Positions 45,831-55,114 of a stretch of DNA of 64,000 nt are shown here, piece by piece (position 1 is the first letter of the stretch; every line of letters starts with the position of its first letter). Origin of the DNA: Pedosphaera sp. GTDB taxonomy: Bacteria > Verrucomicrobiota > Verrucomicrobiia > Limisphaerales > SIBH01. The stretch lies in contig JANOQV010000184.1 of the NCBI GenBank assembly GCA_031414955.1, positions 32,001 through 96,000 of the forward strand, written 5' to 3'. The notes under the pieces are model-generated. The model saw nothing but the letters and a program-made list of their open reading frames with translations. It did not search any database and was not told where the DNA came from. A program made the translations under genes and the position numbers.

Positions 45831-47858
45831 CTATTTGGCCTCGGCGCCTTTTTTGAACAACTCTTTGTTCTTGTCTGCCTCTTCGAGGCCCAGATCAATC
45901 TTCGCGCGGAATTCGTTGTCGAACTCCTGTAGTTCCTTGAGCGGCACGCTGATCACCGTGCCGGCGGCCACGGAATCATCTTCGCCCTTCGAGGTGATGA
46001 CCCGCATGTTCACCAGTGTGCTGTCGTCCGCGTCCTTCAAGGTGCTATCCTGTCCCGGTTCTACTTTCAGCAAGTCACCCGCCGTGAGCGTCCCCGCCGG
46101 CTTGCTGTCCTCCGCGCGGATGACACTGATGGTCTTGGACACCGGATAGATGTGCTTGGGATCTTTGAGCGCCGCGGAGACATCCGGAGAAACCAGGTTG
46201 CCGCCCTTGGCCGATTGTTCGGCGAACTCCTTTTTCTCGGCGATGGTCTGCTCGACCTGATCCTTCAACGCGTCCTTGGTTTCCTTGTCGATGGGCCTGG
46301 CGTTGGGGTTGGGTTTGTCGCCCAGCTCTTTTCGCCTGGCTTCCGCGAGTTCGGCCTTCAGGGCGCGCGCTTCGGCCCGCTCCGCCCGCGCTTCGGCTCG
46401 TTCCTTGTCCGCGATGGCTTCGGCCCGTTCGGCGGCGTCCTGGGCTTGCTCGGCGGCGGCTCTGGCCTTCGCCGCCTCCTCTTTGGCCAGGCGCACTTCC
46501 TCGCGCGTCTGCTCAATGCTGGTGGCAACCGCATAACGGTCGGCAACGTAACCGGCGACCATCCAGTCCGTGACCCAGTACGAAGGCCCGGCATAGACCG
46601 GATACGGCTCCCAATAGTAGGCGTGGTGGCGATACCAAGGGTCGCTGTTCCAACCCCACGAATAAGTGAAGCGATGTCGGGTTGGCCCGTACCAGTACGG
46701 GTCGTAGTACGTCGCGAAAACCACGGGTGCGATGATGACCGGATGATAGACATAACCCCAGCGGCAGGGGCGGTAATCCCTCACTACCGTCCGGTTCACG
46801 TTGATGACGGTGGTGTTTTTTATCACCAGGTTCTGCCGCACCACCACGTTCCGGGAAACAACCGTGCCTCTGGCATCGGTGGTGACCGTTTCCCGGGCGC
46901 GCACTTTGCCGGTTCGGTCGTAGTGAACGTCGGTGGTGTCGATTTTCTTGTCCGGGTGAACCACTGTGACCTTCTTCTCCCGGTTCCCGAGATCGAGTTC
47001 CTTGGTCTGCCTGGTGCCGTCGCGCTTCACCACTTCTTCCCTGGCCACCCGGCCGCTTGCGGTGATTTGCCTGGTTTCGGTGACACCAGATTTTTGATCG
47101 ACTTTGGTGACCTCGCGCGGCTTGCCGCTGGGAGCCAGCCGTTGGGTTTCGCCGTTGGCCTTTTTCACTTCGGTCAACTGCGGGCGTGGAACCGCAGGTC
47201 CTGCGGTTGTCCCGCCGCTTCTGCCGCCCTCGGTCCTGGCTCCGATCGAATTACCCTGACCCTGATTGCCTCGACCTTGGTTTTGATTGCCCTGACCTGC
47301 GTTGCCCGGCGCGGTGTTGCCCTGGCCGCGATTACCCTGGTCCTTGCCTTGGTTCTGGTTGCCGCGATTCGGTTCGGCCGGGCCTTTTCCGGAAGTTTGC
47401 CCCTGCCCCTGGTTTTTTTGGCCGCGCTCGCCCACGTCTGGGTTATTGCCACGATTGACCGTGCCCTGGCCTTGATTACCGCGGTTCACTTCACCCGGGC
47501 CTTGGTTGCGTTGACCCTGGTTCACCTGTGCCGGGTTGCCCTGACCACGAACGCCTTGGTCTTGATTGCCCCGATTCGGATTTGCCTGGCCTTGATTACC
47601 CTGCCCCTGATTGCCGACGCCCGCGCCGGTCCGATTTGGATTGCCCTGGCTGGGGTTGGCCTGGACTGGATTGGGCTGGGCACGGTTGCCCTGCCCCTGA
47701 TTGCCCGGCGCTGGGTTGGCGCGATTCTGGTTGCCCGGATTCTGCTTGGGCTGCGGTTGCTCCTTCTCCTTTTTGTCCGCGGCGTTGCCGTTGATCAGAC
47801 TCGCCGCCAACAGGAGGCTGCCAGCCCGGATGATCCATCGGGATTTAATATGTTTCAT
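45831..47858 (-). CDS. Secreted protein with an N/Q/G-rich low-complexity region, beta-hairpin repeats, a Tyr/Trp/Pro-rich segment, a coiled coil and a globular C-terminus
   Basis: ATG 47858 follows a purine-rich RBS; signal peptide; (GNQGQ)-like repeats over about 160 aa. Confidence 0.85.
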   Translation of the reverse strand: MKHIKSRWIIRAGSLLLAASLINGNAADKKEKEQPQPKQNPGNQNRANPAPGNQGQGNRAQPNPVQANPSQGNPNRTGAGVGNQGQGNQGQANPNRGNQDQGVRGQGNPAQVNQGQRNQGPGEVNRGNQGQGTVNRGNNPDVGERGQKNQGQGQTSGKGPAEPNRGNQNQGKDQGNRGQGNTAPGNAGQGNQNQGRGNQGQGNSIGARTEGGRSGGTTAGPAVPRPQLTEVKKANGETQRLAPSGKPREVTKVDQKSGVTETRQITASGRVAREEVVKRDGTRQTKELDLGNREKKVTVVHPDKKIDTTDVHYDRTGKVRARETVTTDARGTVVSRNVVVRQNLVIKNTTVINVNRTVVRDYRPCRWGYVYHPVIIAPVVFATYYDPYWYGPTRHRFTYSWGWNSDPWYRHHAYYWEPYPVYAGPSYWVTDWMVAGYVADRYAVATSIEQTREEVRLAKEEAAKARAAAEQAQDAAERAEAIADKERAEARAERAEARALKAELAEARRKELGDKPNPNARPIDKETKDALKDQVEQTIAEKKEFAEQSAKGGNLVSPDVSAALKDPKHIYPVSKTISVIRAEDSKPAGTLTAGDLLKVEPGQDSTLKDADDSTLVNMRVITSKGEDDSVAAGTVISVPLKELQEFDNEFRAKIDLGLEEADKNKELFKKGAEAK

Positions 47859-48026
47859 GGGTAAAGCCCTTTCTGTGTTGTTCTGCCTAGTGTCGTTCTG
47901 TCGGGGAAATAAATGCTTGAGGCACATCAACGGTCCACTCAGTCCGCTGATATGCCGCGCCTGGGTCATGGGCACTGCGAAAGACTCGCGGCGAGTTCCA
48001 GATTGATTCTTTGTGCTCATCACCAG

Positions 48027-48055
48027 CCATTACGGGATTCTCCGGCTGCCGTTAC
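48027..48055 (-). promoter_or_regulatory. Putative ECF promoter GTAAC-N16-CGTAATGG
   Basis: Same -35 and spacing as the motif at 48973; faces the 45831..47858 gene. Confidence 0.6.
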
Positions 48056-48223
48056 CAGCCAATTGCGCATTTTCCGAATCCTCCTCAGACGCTGGTGCTG
48101 CGTGGACAACATGTGCCAGGCGAAAACCCCGGCGGCAATCCTGCTGAACAGGGCCGCCTCCGGCCTTGCCTTCGGCCTGGGGAATGCAGATAAGACTCGC
48201 AGCCAGCGACTCCGGGATTAGCC

Positions 48224-48952
48224 ATGGCCAACGATTTCTTCGACCAAACCAAGTGGAGCACCGTGCTCCGGGCCGGCGCGGATGACACGCAAGTTCGCCT
48301 CGCCGCACTCGAACGCCTGCTCACCCGCTACCGCCGCCCGATTCTGCTGGAGTTCCAATCCCGCGCCCGCTGCGCCCCGCTCGAAGCCGAGGAACTCGCG
48401 CACCAATTTTTCCACGATTGTCTGCGCCGTGATTTTCTCAAGGATATCGATCCCGCGCGCGGGCGCTTCCGCGCCTTCATCAAAGGCTGCATCACGAATT
48501 TCCTGCGCGACCAGCACGACAAGTTCACGGCGCAAAAGCGCGGCGGCGGCCTGGCACCCGTTTCGCTCGACGAAACCTACGAAGATGGCACGCCCCGGCA
48601 CGATCCCGCCGGCGAAAACGAATCTCCGCACTTCGATCTCGACCGGGCCTGGGCGCGCGAAGTGTTGGAACTGGCGCTCGCGGAACTCGAACAGGAATGC
48701 GTCAACGCCCGGCGCGGCCCGTTGTTCGTCGCCTTGAAGCCGTTCCTGCAAGGCGATCCCGAAAATGGCGGCTACAGCGCCGCCGCGTCGCGCCTGGGCA
48801 TGAACGAAGGTGCCGTGCGCGTGGCCGCCCATCGCCTGCGCCAGCGCCTGGGTGAATTGATCGAGGCGGAGATCAAGCAAACCGTGACCGTCGCCGAGGA
48901 CTGGCGGGACGAATTGCGCTATTTCCTGGAACTGCTGGGCGGAAAGTCGTGA
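48224..48952 (+). CDS. ECF sigma-70 factor of the kinase-associated type
   Basis: FDQTKWSTV, EAEELAHQFF, RGRFRAF and EGAVRVAAHRLRQR. Confidence 0.92.
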   Translation: MANDFFDQTKWSTVLRAGADDTQVRLAALERLLTRYRRPILLEFQSRARCAPLEAEELAHQFFHDCLRRDFLKDIDPARGRFRAFIKGCITNFLRDQHDKFTAQKRGGGLAPVSLDETYEDGTPRHDPAGENESPHFDLDRAWAREVLELALAELEQECVNARRGPLFVALKPFLQGDPENGGYSAAASRLGMNEGAVRVAAHRLRQRLGELIEAEIKQTVTVAEDWRDELRYFLELLGGKS

Positions 48953-48972
48953 ACGGCTGATGTCAGCGGGCT

Positions 48973-49001
48973 GTAACAAGGCTGCGCGATTGCCTTATTG
49001 G
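48973..49001 (+). promoter_or_regulatory. Putative ECF promoter GTAAC-N16-CTTATTGG, likely leaderless
   Basis: The kinase ATG is 5 nt after the motif, with no SD sequence. Confidence 0.55.
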
Positions 49002-49006
49002 AACAT

Positions 49007-51280
49007 ATGAGCAAAGAAACACGCTGCCCCCGTTGCGGTTCGCCGCTGGAATCCTCCAGCGCGTCCTGTCCGCATTGTTTGCTCGCCACCGCGGGCAAGC
49101 CGCCCAGCACCATCAAGCTCGGTCCCGGCTTTCTCGATGATCTGCCGATGCCATCAGACCAACTCGTCATTGCGGACAAATACACGGTCATCGAAACCAT
49201 TGCCCGCGGCGGCATGGGCGTTGTGTACAAGGCCCGGCAGGAAAACCTCAATCGCATCGTCGCGGTCAAAATGCTGCTCGGTGGCGCTCATGCCGGCGAC
49301 GATTACAAACGCCGCTTCCTGCAAGAGGCGAAGGCTGCCGCCCAACTCAAGCACCCGAACATTGTCTCCATCCACGACTGGGGCGATGACCGGGGCCAGC
49401 CGTTCTTCTCGATGGACTTCATCGAAGGCCAGACGCTGGCGGAGATGGCCCGCCGCCACCCGTTGAGTTCGAGTGCCGCCGCGGAAATCACGCGCACGCT
49501 GGCGCAGGCGATGCAGTACGCCCACAGCCAGGGCGTTTTGCACCGTGACCTCAAGCCGTCGAACGTGCTCGTGGATGTGGCGGGTGTGCCGCACATTTCC
49601 GACTTTGGCCTGGCCCGCCAGTTGAACAGTGAAGCGATGCTGACTGTTTCCGGCGACGTGCTCGGCACGCCGGGATACCTGCCGCCGGAACAAGCCGCTG
49701 CCAAACGAGAGCTGATTGGGCCGCACAGCGACGTGTATGGCCTGGGGGCCATTCTTTATTATTTGTTGACCAGCCAGCCGCCCCACTCCGCCGATTCCGT
49801 CGGCGAGGCGTTGCGTGCGGTCGAGGAGAAGGAACCGATTCCGCCCCGGCAGTTGAATGCGTCGGTCGATGCGGTCCTTGAGGCGATCTGCTTGAAGTGT
49901 CTGGCCAAAGATCCGGCTTTTCGCTACCCCACGGCGAGCGCCCTGGCCGCAGATCTCGAACGATGGCAGCAAGGTTTGCCGGTGCGGATTGGAGCGTGGT
50001 CGCCCGCGCAGAGCATCCGGTATTTGCGAAATCATCCTTGGCGCGCAGCGTTCAGCGGCGCGTTTGCCCTGTGGGCTGTCCTGGCGATTGCGGCGCAATG
50101 GTTCGGCTTGAGGATTTTCTATTGGGAAATGCTTCCGCGCGTCGCGTTTTTCAACGGACTCGAGCCTTACTGGCGGCCTTCAACCATCGCGTTCAGCAGT
50201 CTGCTGGTTGCAGCGGCCGTGGTGGGCCTGCTCTGCGGATGGCGGCGCAGGCGATATAATCCAGTCCCGCTTTTTTCCGGGCTGGCGCTGGTGGTGTCCA
50301 TGCTCGGGGTGGTGATGTTCCGCGCGGCGGCCAGTCCTCTCCACGCCGCACGCAATCTGCCAGGTTTCTCAGGCTACGTGCGGTTCCAAACAAACGGCAC
50401 GATGCTGGCCACTTTCAACACCGGAGCCATCCGAAGTTTCAAGCCTGACCTGACGGAGGCGGAATCTCCATTGAAGTCGGCCGCGTTGGGCGCGCAGCGA
50501 ATCGCAATCTCTCCGACCGGTGATCGTTGTGCCGTGGTCACCAGTGCCGGGGCCGTCCAACTCATCGAGTTGCCGTCGGGTCGATTGATTCAAAGTCTGT
50601 CGGTGCCAGGCTGGCCCGCGCAGGCCGGCGCCTTCTCGCCGGATGGCCGCGCGCTGGCCGTGCTGGTTTCCGCCATCTACGACAAGGTGAAGGAACGTTT
50701 GCAGGCCCCGCCGGACGGCAGCCTGACCCTCTACTCGGCGGTCGATGGCAGCAAGATATCGGTCGAGCCGACACCGCTGGTCACCGGTTACTGGCAGGCG
50801 CTGGATTGGAAGGGCGAGATTATCGCCATCGCGGATGGTTACGAGGACGCGCGACGCGGCACGTTGTTGTGGGAGGTCGCCGCACACCGCGTGCTGCATT
50901 TTCTCCAGCACCCGGAACATCAGAGCGGCCCGTTGAGCGTCGCCTTGTCGCCAGACGCGCGGCTCCTGGCCGTCGGCTACGGACCCTACGACGTGGGCTT
51001 GTGGGATGTTCGCACGGGAGAGTTGCTGCGAACGCTGCCGAGCCGGAACAACTGGGTCGTGGCCGTCGAGTTTTCGCCCGACGGAAAAACACTCGCTTCC
51101 GGGGAAGGCGACTCCGCCGTGCGGCTGTGGGACGTTGCCACCGGCAAAGCCCTGCGAGTCTTTGGCATGGGTTCGCAAAACAGTTCCGATTACTGCTATT
51201 CGGTCAGCTTTGATCCCTCCGGCCAACTGCTGGCCTGCGGCTCGCAGCGCAGCGCCGCAGTCGTCTGGCGCGTCAAGTGA
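49007..51280 (+). CDS. Ser/Thr protein kinase with an N-terminal Zn ribbon, TM helices and WD40 repeats
   Basis: CPRC..CPHC, RGGMGVVY, VAVK, HRDLKPSN, DFG, GTPGYLPPE; three TM segments; LWDV repeats. Confidence 0.95.
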   Translation: MSKETRCPRCGSPLESSSASCPHCLLATAGKPPSTIKLGPGFLDDLPMPSDQLVIADKYTVIETIARGGMGVVYKARQENLNRIVAVKMLLGGAHAGDDYKRRFLQEAKAAAQLKHPNIVSIHDWGDDRGQPFFSMDFIEGQTLAEMARRHPLSSSAAAEITRTLAQAMQYAHSQGVLHRDLKPSNVLVDVAGVPHISDFGLARQLNSEAMLTVSGDVLGTPGYLPPEQAAAKRELIGPHSDVYGLGAILYYLLTSQPPHSADSVGEALRAVEEKEPIPPRQLNASVDAVLEAICLKCLAKDPAFRYPTASALAADLERWQQGLPVRIGAWSPAQSIRYLRNHPWRAAFSGAFALWAVLAIAAQWFGLRIFYWEMLPRVAFFNGLEPYWRPSTIAFSSLLVAAAVVGLLCGWRRRRYNPVPLFSGLALVVSMLGVVMFRAAASPLHAARNLPGFSGYVRFQTNGTMLATFNTGAIRSFKPDLTEAESPLKSAALGAQRIAISPTGDRCAVVTSAGAVQLIELPSGRLIQSLSVPGWPAQAGAFSPDGRALAVLVSAIYDKVKERLQAPPDGSLTLYSAVDGSKISVEPTPLVTGYWQALDWKGEIIAIADGYEDARRGTLLWEVAAHRVLHFLQHPEHQSGPLSVALSPDARLLAVGYGPYDVGLWDVRTGELLRTLPSRNNWVVAVEFSPDGKTLASGEGDSAVRLWDVATGKALRVFGMGSQNSSDYCYSVSFDPSGQLLACGSQRSAAVVWRVK

Positions 51281-51329
51281 AGCCATGAAGCCGATGGGAA
51301 AGCGGGAGTGAAGTGAAGCCCCGAAACGA

Positions 51330-53243
51330 TTAGGAAATCATCCCACGCTTCTTCAACATCGCTTCCATCGCCTTGTCCATGGCGTGGTCGGCGAGCGGCT
51401 TGGTCACTTCGTCCAGTTTTGTGGTGGCATCCTTCAGCTTCTTCGGGTCGCCGGTCTTGGTGCGCGGATCTTCGGTGGAAAGCACGGCTTCAACCTCCTC
51501 CAGTGCGGCATCAAGCTGCGCCTTGTAGTCGGCTTCCAACTCGCTCGCGAACTCGGTCATCGTCTTGCGCGTGGCCATGATGGTTTCGCCGGCGCGAATC
51601 TTCGCTTCAATCCATTGGCGTGCGCGCAAATCGTCGAAAGCGTGCTCCACGGACTCCTCGACCATCTTCTGCACGTCGGCGTCATCGACATCCACGGCGC
51701 TTTGCATCTGCACGATCTTCTGGTGGCCGGTCTTCACGTCGCGGGCGAGGGCGTGGAGAATTCCATTCGCGTCGATCTCGAACTGCACGCCCACGCGCGG
51801 CACGCCCTTGGGCGCTGGCTCGAACTCGATCTCAAATCGTCCCAAGCTCCAGTTGTCCTGGACGCGCTCGCGCTCGCCTTGCACGACGTGGATGAGCATC
51901 GAACGCTGGTTGTCCACCGCCGTGGTGAACATCTCGCCGGCCTTGACCGGAATGGTCGTGTTGCGCGGGATGATCACGTTCATCAAGCCGCCGAACGTCT
52001 CGATGCCGAGCGAGAGCGGTGTCACGTCGAGCAGCAGCAGGTTCTTGAACCCGCCGCTCAAAATCTCCGCCTGGATGGCCGCGCCCAGTGCCACGGCCTC
52101 GTCCGGGTTCTGCGAGGTGTTGAGTTGTGGCCCTTTGGCGGCGTGGTGCTCCGTGCCGAGCCGCAGGTCACCGCGCTGTTCCGCAAATTCCACGCAGCCG
52201 AACCATTCGCTCACGAGTCGGCGGACCAGCGGCATCCGCGTCTGGCCGCCGACCAGAATCACCTGATCCAGATCCTTCGCCTCCAGCTTCGCGTCCGAGA
52301 GCGAACGCAGGCAATGGGCGCGCGTGCGCTCGATGATGTCCCGCGTGAGCTTCTCCAACTCTGTGCGCGTGAGCTTGTAGCTGAAGCTAAACGTGGGCGT
52401 GAGAAACGGCAGTTGCACTTCCACTTCGCTCTCGCTGCTCAGGCGAATCTTCGTCTGCTCGGCCGTTTCGCGGATGCGCGAGAGCATCGAGTTGTCCGAA
52501 CTCGCGTCGGGCCCGCCGCCTGCCTTGATCTTCTCCACTACGAAATCAATCAGCCGCTTGTCCAAGTCATCCCCGCCCAGCCGCGTGTTGCCATTCGTGG
52601 ACAACACCTGGAACACGCCGTTGTTCAGTTCGAGGATGGAAAGATCGAATGTGCCGCCGCCCAGATCATACACGGCGATCTTCGACTTCTCCTTCAGCTT
52701 GTCCAAGCCGTAGGCCAACGCCGCCGCCGTGGGTTCGTTCACGATGCGCTCGACGGTGAAGCCCGCCAGTTCACCCGCCTTCTTGGTCGCGTTGCGCTGC
52801 GCGTCGTTGAAATAAGCCGGCACGGTGATGACCGCGCGCGTCACCGCTTCGCCGAGCGACGCCTCCGCATCGCGCTTCAGCTTCTTCAAGACCTCGGCGG
52901 AAATTTCCTCCGGCGTCCAGGCGCGTCCGTGAATGTCGATGCTCACCTGGCCCGTGCCTTCACCGCGCACCGGATAGGTCACGAGCATCTCCTCGCGCGC
53001 GATGTCCGCGCCGCGCCGGCCCATAAAACGCTTCACCGAGTAAACCGTCTCCGCCGGCTTGAGCACGCGCACGCGATTGGCCTTGTGCCCGACAATCGGC
53101 TCCGCGCCCGCCGCCGGCACATGCACGACGGACGGCGTGAGCCGCTGCCCCTCCGCGTCCGCGATGACGTACGGGATGCCCGTGTCCACCGTGGCCACGA
53201 GGGAGTTCGTGGTGCCCAAATCAATGCCAACAATTTTGCTCAT
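51330..53243 (-). CDS. Hsp70 family chaperone (DnaK/HscA-like paralogue)
   Basis: GIDLGTTNS, TVPAYFNDAQR, DLGGGTFD and LLLLDVTPLSLG; no adjacent grpE, dnaJ or hscB. Confidence 0.93.
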   Translation of the reverse strand: MSKIVGIDLGTTNSLVATVDTGIPYVIADAEGQRLTPSVVHVPAAGAEPIVGHKANRVRVLKPAETVYSVKRFMGRRGADIAREEMLVTYPVRGEGTGQVSIDIHGRAWTPEEISAEVLKKLKRDAEASLGEAVTRAVITVPAYFNDAQRNATKKAGELAGFTVERIVNEPTAAALAYGLDKLKEKSKIAVYDLGGGTFDLSILELNNGVFQVLSTNGNTRLGGDDLDKRLIDFVVEKIKAGGGPDASSDNSMLSRIRETAEQTKIRLSSESEVEVQLPFLTPTFSFSYKLTRTELEKLTRDIIERTRAHCLRSLSDAKLEAKDLDQVILVGGQTRMPLVRRLVSEWFGCVEFAEQRGDLRLGTEHHAAKGPQLNTSQNPDEAVALGAAIQAEILSGGFKNLLLLDVTPLSLGIETFGGLMNVIIPRNTTIPVKAGEMFTTAVDNQRSMLIHVVQGERERVQDNWSLGRFEIEFEPAPKGVPRVGVQFEIDANGILHALARDVKTGHQKIVQMQSAVDVDDADVQKMVEESVEHAFDDLRARQWIEAKIRAGETIMATRKTMTEFASELEADYKAQLDAALEEVEAVLSTEDPRTKTGDPKKLKDATTKLDEVTKPLADHAMDKAMEAMLKKRGMIS

Positions 53244-53340
53244 GTCTTTCTCATTCCCGCCCGAGGCGGAACCCAGACAAGAGCGCCTGAAGCGTGCGCC
53301 GTCAATGCCGGGGCATGCCGCACGCCGCAGTGTTCCACCA

Positions 53341-53367
53341 TGCTGCGGCCGAGGACGGTTGCACTCC
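53341..53367. repeat. Solo degenerate REP half related to the MITE-internal repeat
   Basis: tgctgcggccgaggacggttgcactcc versus tgctgcgcccgaggacgggcgcactcc. Confidence 0.7.
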
Positions 53368-53408
53368 GGTCCAGCCCCTTGCGATCCCACTCGCAGCCGC
53401 CCCGCTGA

Positions 53409-53438
53409 TTGACACCCGTTTTCCGCGTTGCCTATGGT
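53409..53438 (+). promoter_or_regulatory. Putative sigma-70 promoter of the biosynthetic operon
   Basis: TTGACA-N18-TATGGT, 24 nt upstream of ATG 53463. Confidence 0.6.
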
Positions 53439-53462
53439 TTGGGCGATGCGTCAACGGGCCTT

Positions 53463-54869
53463 ATGAATCTGACCGAATTGCTGGATGCGACCGCCAGTCG
53501 CCGGCCGCAGAAACCCGCGCTCATCGACGACTCCACGGTCGTCACCTACGCCGGCCTGGTGGAACTGGTCGCCGCCTTCGCTGCTCGTCTCGGCACTCTG
53601 CACCTTCCGCCTGGCGCGCGCGTGGGGCTTTGTTATCCGAACAGCATCGACTACGTGGCGCTGACCTTCGCGCTCTGGCGCGTCAAGGCCGTGGTCGTCC
53701 CGCTCCCGATGGAATGCACGGCGGAGGAACTGGCTGACATCGCGGCGACGATGCAACTCGAAGCCATCCTCGGCCAGAAGCCCTCGCCGCATAGCGCGCC
53801 GCTGACCGCGAACTGTTTCGTCACGCGGTTGACGCCCGCCGCACCGGCGGACAATCACGGGCTGAACATCGCCTTCATCCGCTTCACCTCCGGCACGACC
53901 AATGCCCGCAAAGGCGTGGTGCTCTCGCATGAGACGGTGCGCGACCGCGTGCTCACCGCGAACAAGGCGCTGGGCATCGGACCGGACGACATCGTGATGT
54001 GGTGCCTGCCGATGGCGCATCATTTCCTCATCACCATCGTGCTCTACCTGAACGAAGGCGCGACCGTGGTGCTGGCGCGGCACGTTCTGGCCCGGCCCTT
54101 CATCGACGCGACCAATCGCTGGCAGGGCACGGTCCTCTACGCGGCGCCGTTTCATTTCGCCATGCTGGCCCGCGACAAATCGGATGAGCGGCTCGATTCG
54201 GTCCGGCTCGCCGTGTCCACGACCTGCGCACTGCCCGAGGAGGTGGCGCGGGATTTCCTGAAACGCTTTGACCGCCCGCTGTGCCAGGCCTTGGGGATTA
54301 TCGAACTGGGACTCGTGAGCCTCAACACAGCTGACCCAACCGGGCGCAGCCCTTCCGTGGGCCGCCCGCTGACCGATCATCGCGTGCGGATCATTTCCCC
54401 GGATGAGCATGGCTGCGGCGATGTCGCCATCTCCGGCCCGGGTTTTTTCGATGCCTATGCCGCGCCGTGGGTGCCGCGCGCGCAGGCCATTCCGGAAGGC
54501 TGGTTCACCACCGGGGACATCGGGCGCATCGATGCCGATGGGTTTCTTTTCCTCATCAGCCGCAAGACGGCGGTCATCAATCTCGCGGGCCGAAAAGTCT
54601 TCCCCGAGGAGATCGAGGCCGTGCTCAACCGGCATCCGCTGGTGCGCGAATCGCGCGTCTTCGGGAGGCTGCACCCGCATCTTGGCGAGGTGGTCGAGGC
54701 GGAACTCGTGCTCACCGAGCCGGACGCCGACCTCGGGCCGGTGCGGGAATTCTGCCGTGACCACCTCGCCTCCTATAAAATCCCCTCGCGTCTGACCGTC
54801 GTCAGCGCCTTGCCACGCACCGCCGCCACGGGCAAAATCCTCCGGGCCGCGGCTGCGGCCCAGCCTTAA
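53463..54869 (+). CDS. Class I adenylate-forming enzyme (acyl-CoA/acyl-ACP ligase)
   Basis: FTSGTTNARKG, WFTTGDIG, GRKVFPEEIE and LPRTAATGK. Confidence 0.92.
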   Translation: MNLTELLDATASRRPQKPALIDDSTVVTYAGLVELVAAFAARLGTLHLPPGARVGLCYPNSIDYVALTFALWRVKAVVVPLPMECTAEELADIAATMQLEAILGQKPSPHSAPLTANCFVTRLTPAAPADNHGLNIAFIRFTSGTTNARKGVVLSHETVRDRVLTANKALGIGPDDIVMWCLPMAHHFLITIVLYLNEGATVVLARHVLARPFIDATNRWQGTVLYAAPFHFAMLARDKSDERLDSVRLAVSTTCALPEEVARDFLKRFDRPLCQALGIIELGLVSLNTADPTGRSPSVGRPLTDHRVRIISPDEHGCGDVAISGPGFFDAYAAPWVPRAQAIPEGWFTTGDIGRIDADGFLFLISRKTAVINLAGRKVFPEEIEAVLNRHPLVRESRVFGRLHPHLGEVVEAELVLTEPDADLGPVREFCRDHLASYKIPSRLTVVSALPRTAATGKILRAAAAAQP

Positions 54870-55114
54870 TGGACGCACAAAAAATTGAATCTGAACTGTT
54901 GGCTTTTCTCAGCCGCGAAGTTTTCGCGCCTGATCTGGCCCTGACCGCCGAAACCGATCTCGTCTCGGTGGGCTTTGATTCCATGTCCCTGGTGCGCGTG
55001 CTCGTCTGGATCGAAACCCACTACGGCACATGGATTCCCGAGAGCGAGATCACCGGCGAGGCCATCAAGAATCTGCGCACGCTCTCCGCGACCGTGGCCC
55101 GGCTGCTGCCATGA
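54869..55114 (+). CDS. Acyl/peptidyl carrier protein
   Basis: 81 aa, acidic, GFDSMSL phosphopantetheine site. Confidence 0.92.
   Translation: MDAQKIESELLAFLSREVFAPDLALTAETDLVSVGFDSMSLVRVLVWIETHYGTWIPESEITGEAIKNLRTLSATVARLLP

Noticed and set aside
36315..53408. Long shadow ORFs 36315..39167, 40963..42717, 46152..47864 and 51384..53408
   Set aside because: They lie antisense to or overlap well-supported genes (DPP IV, clpC, the secreted protein, Hsp70).
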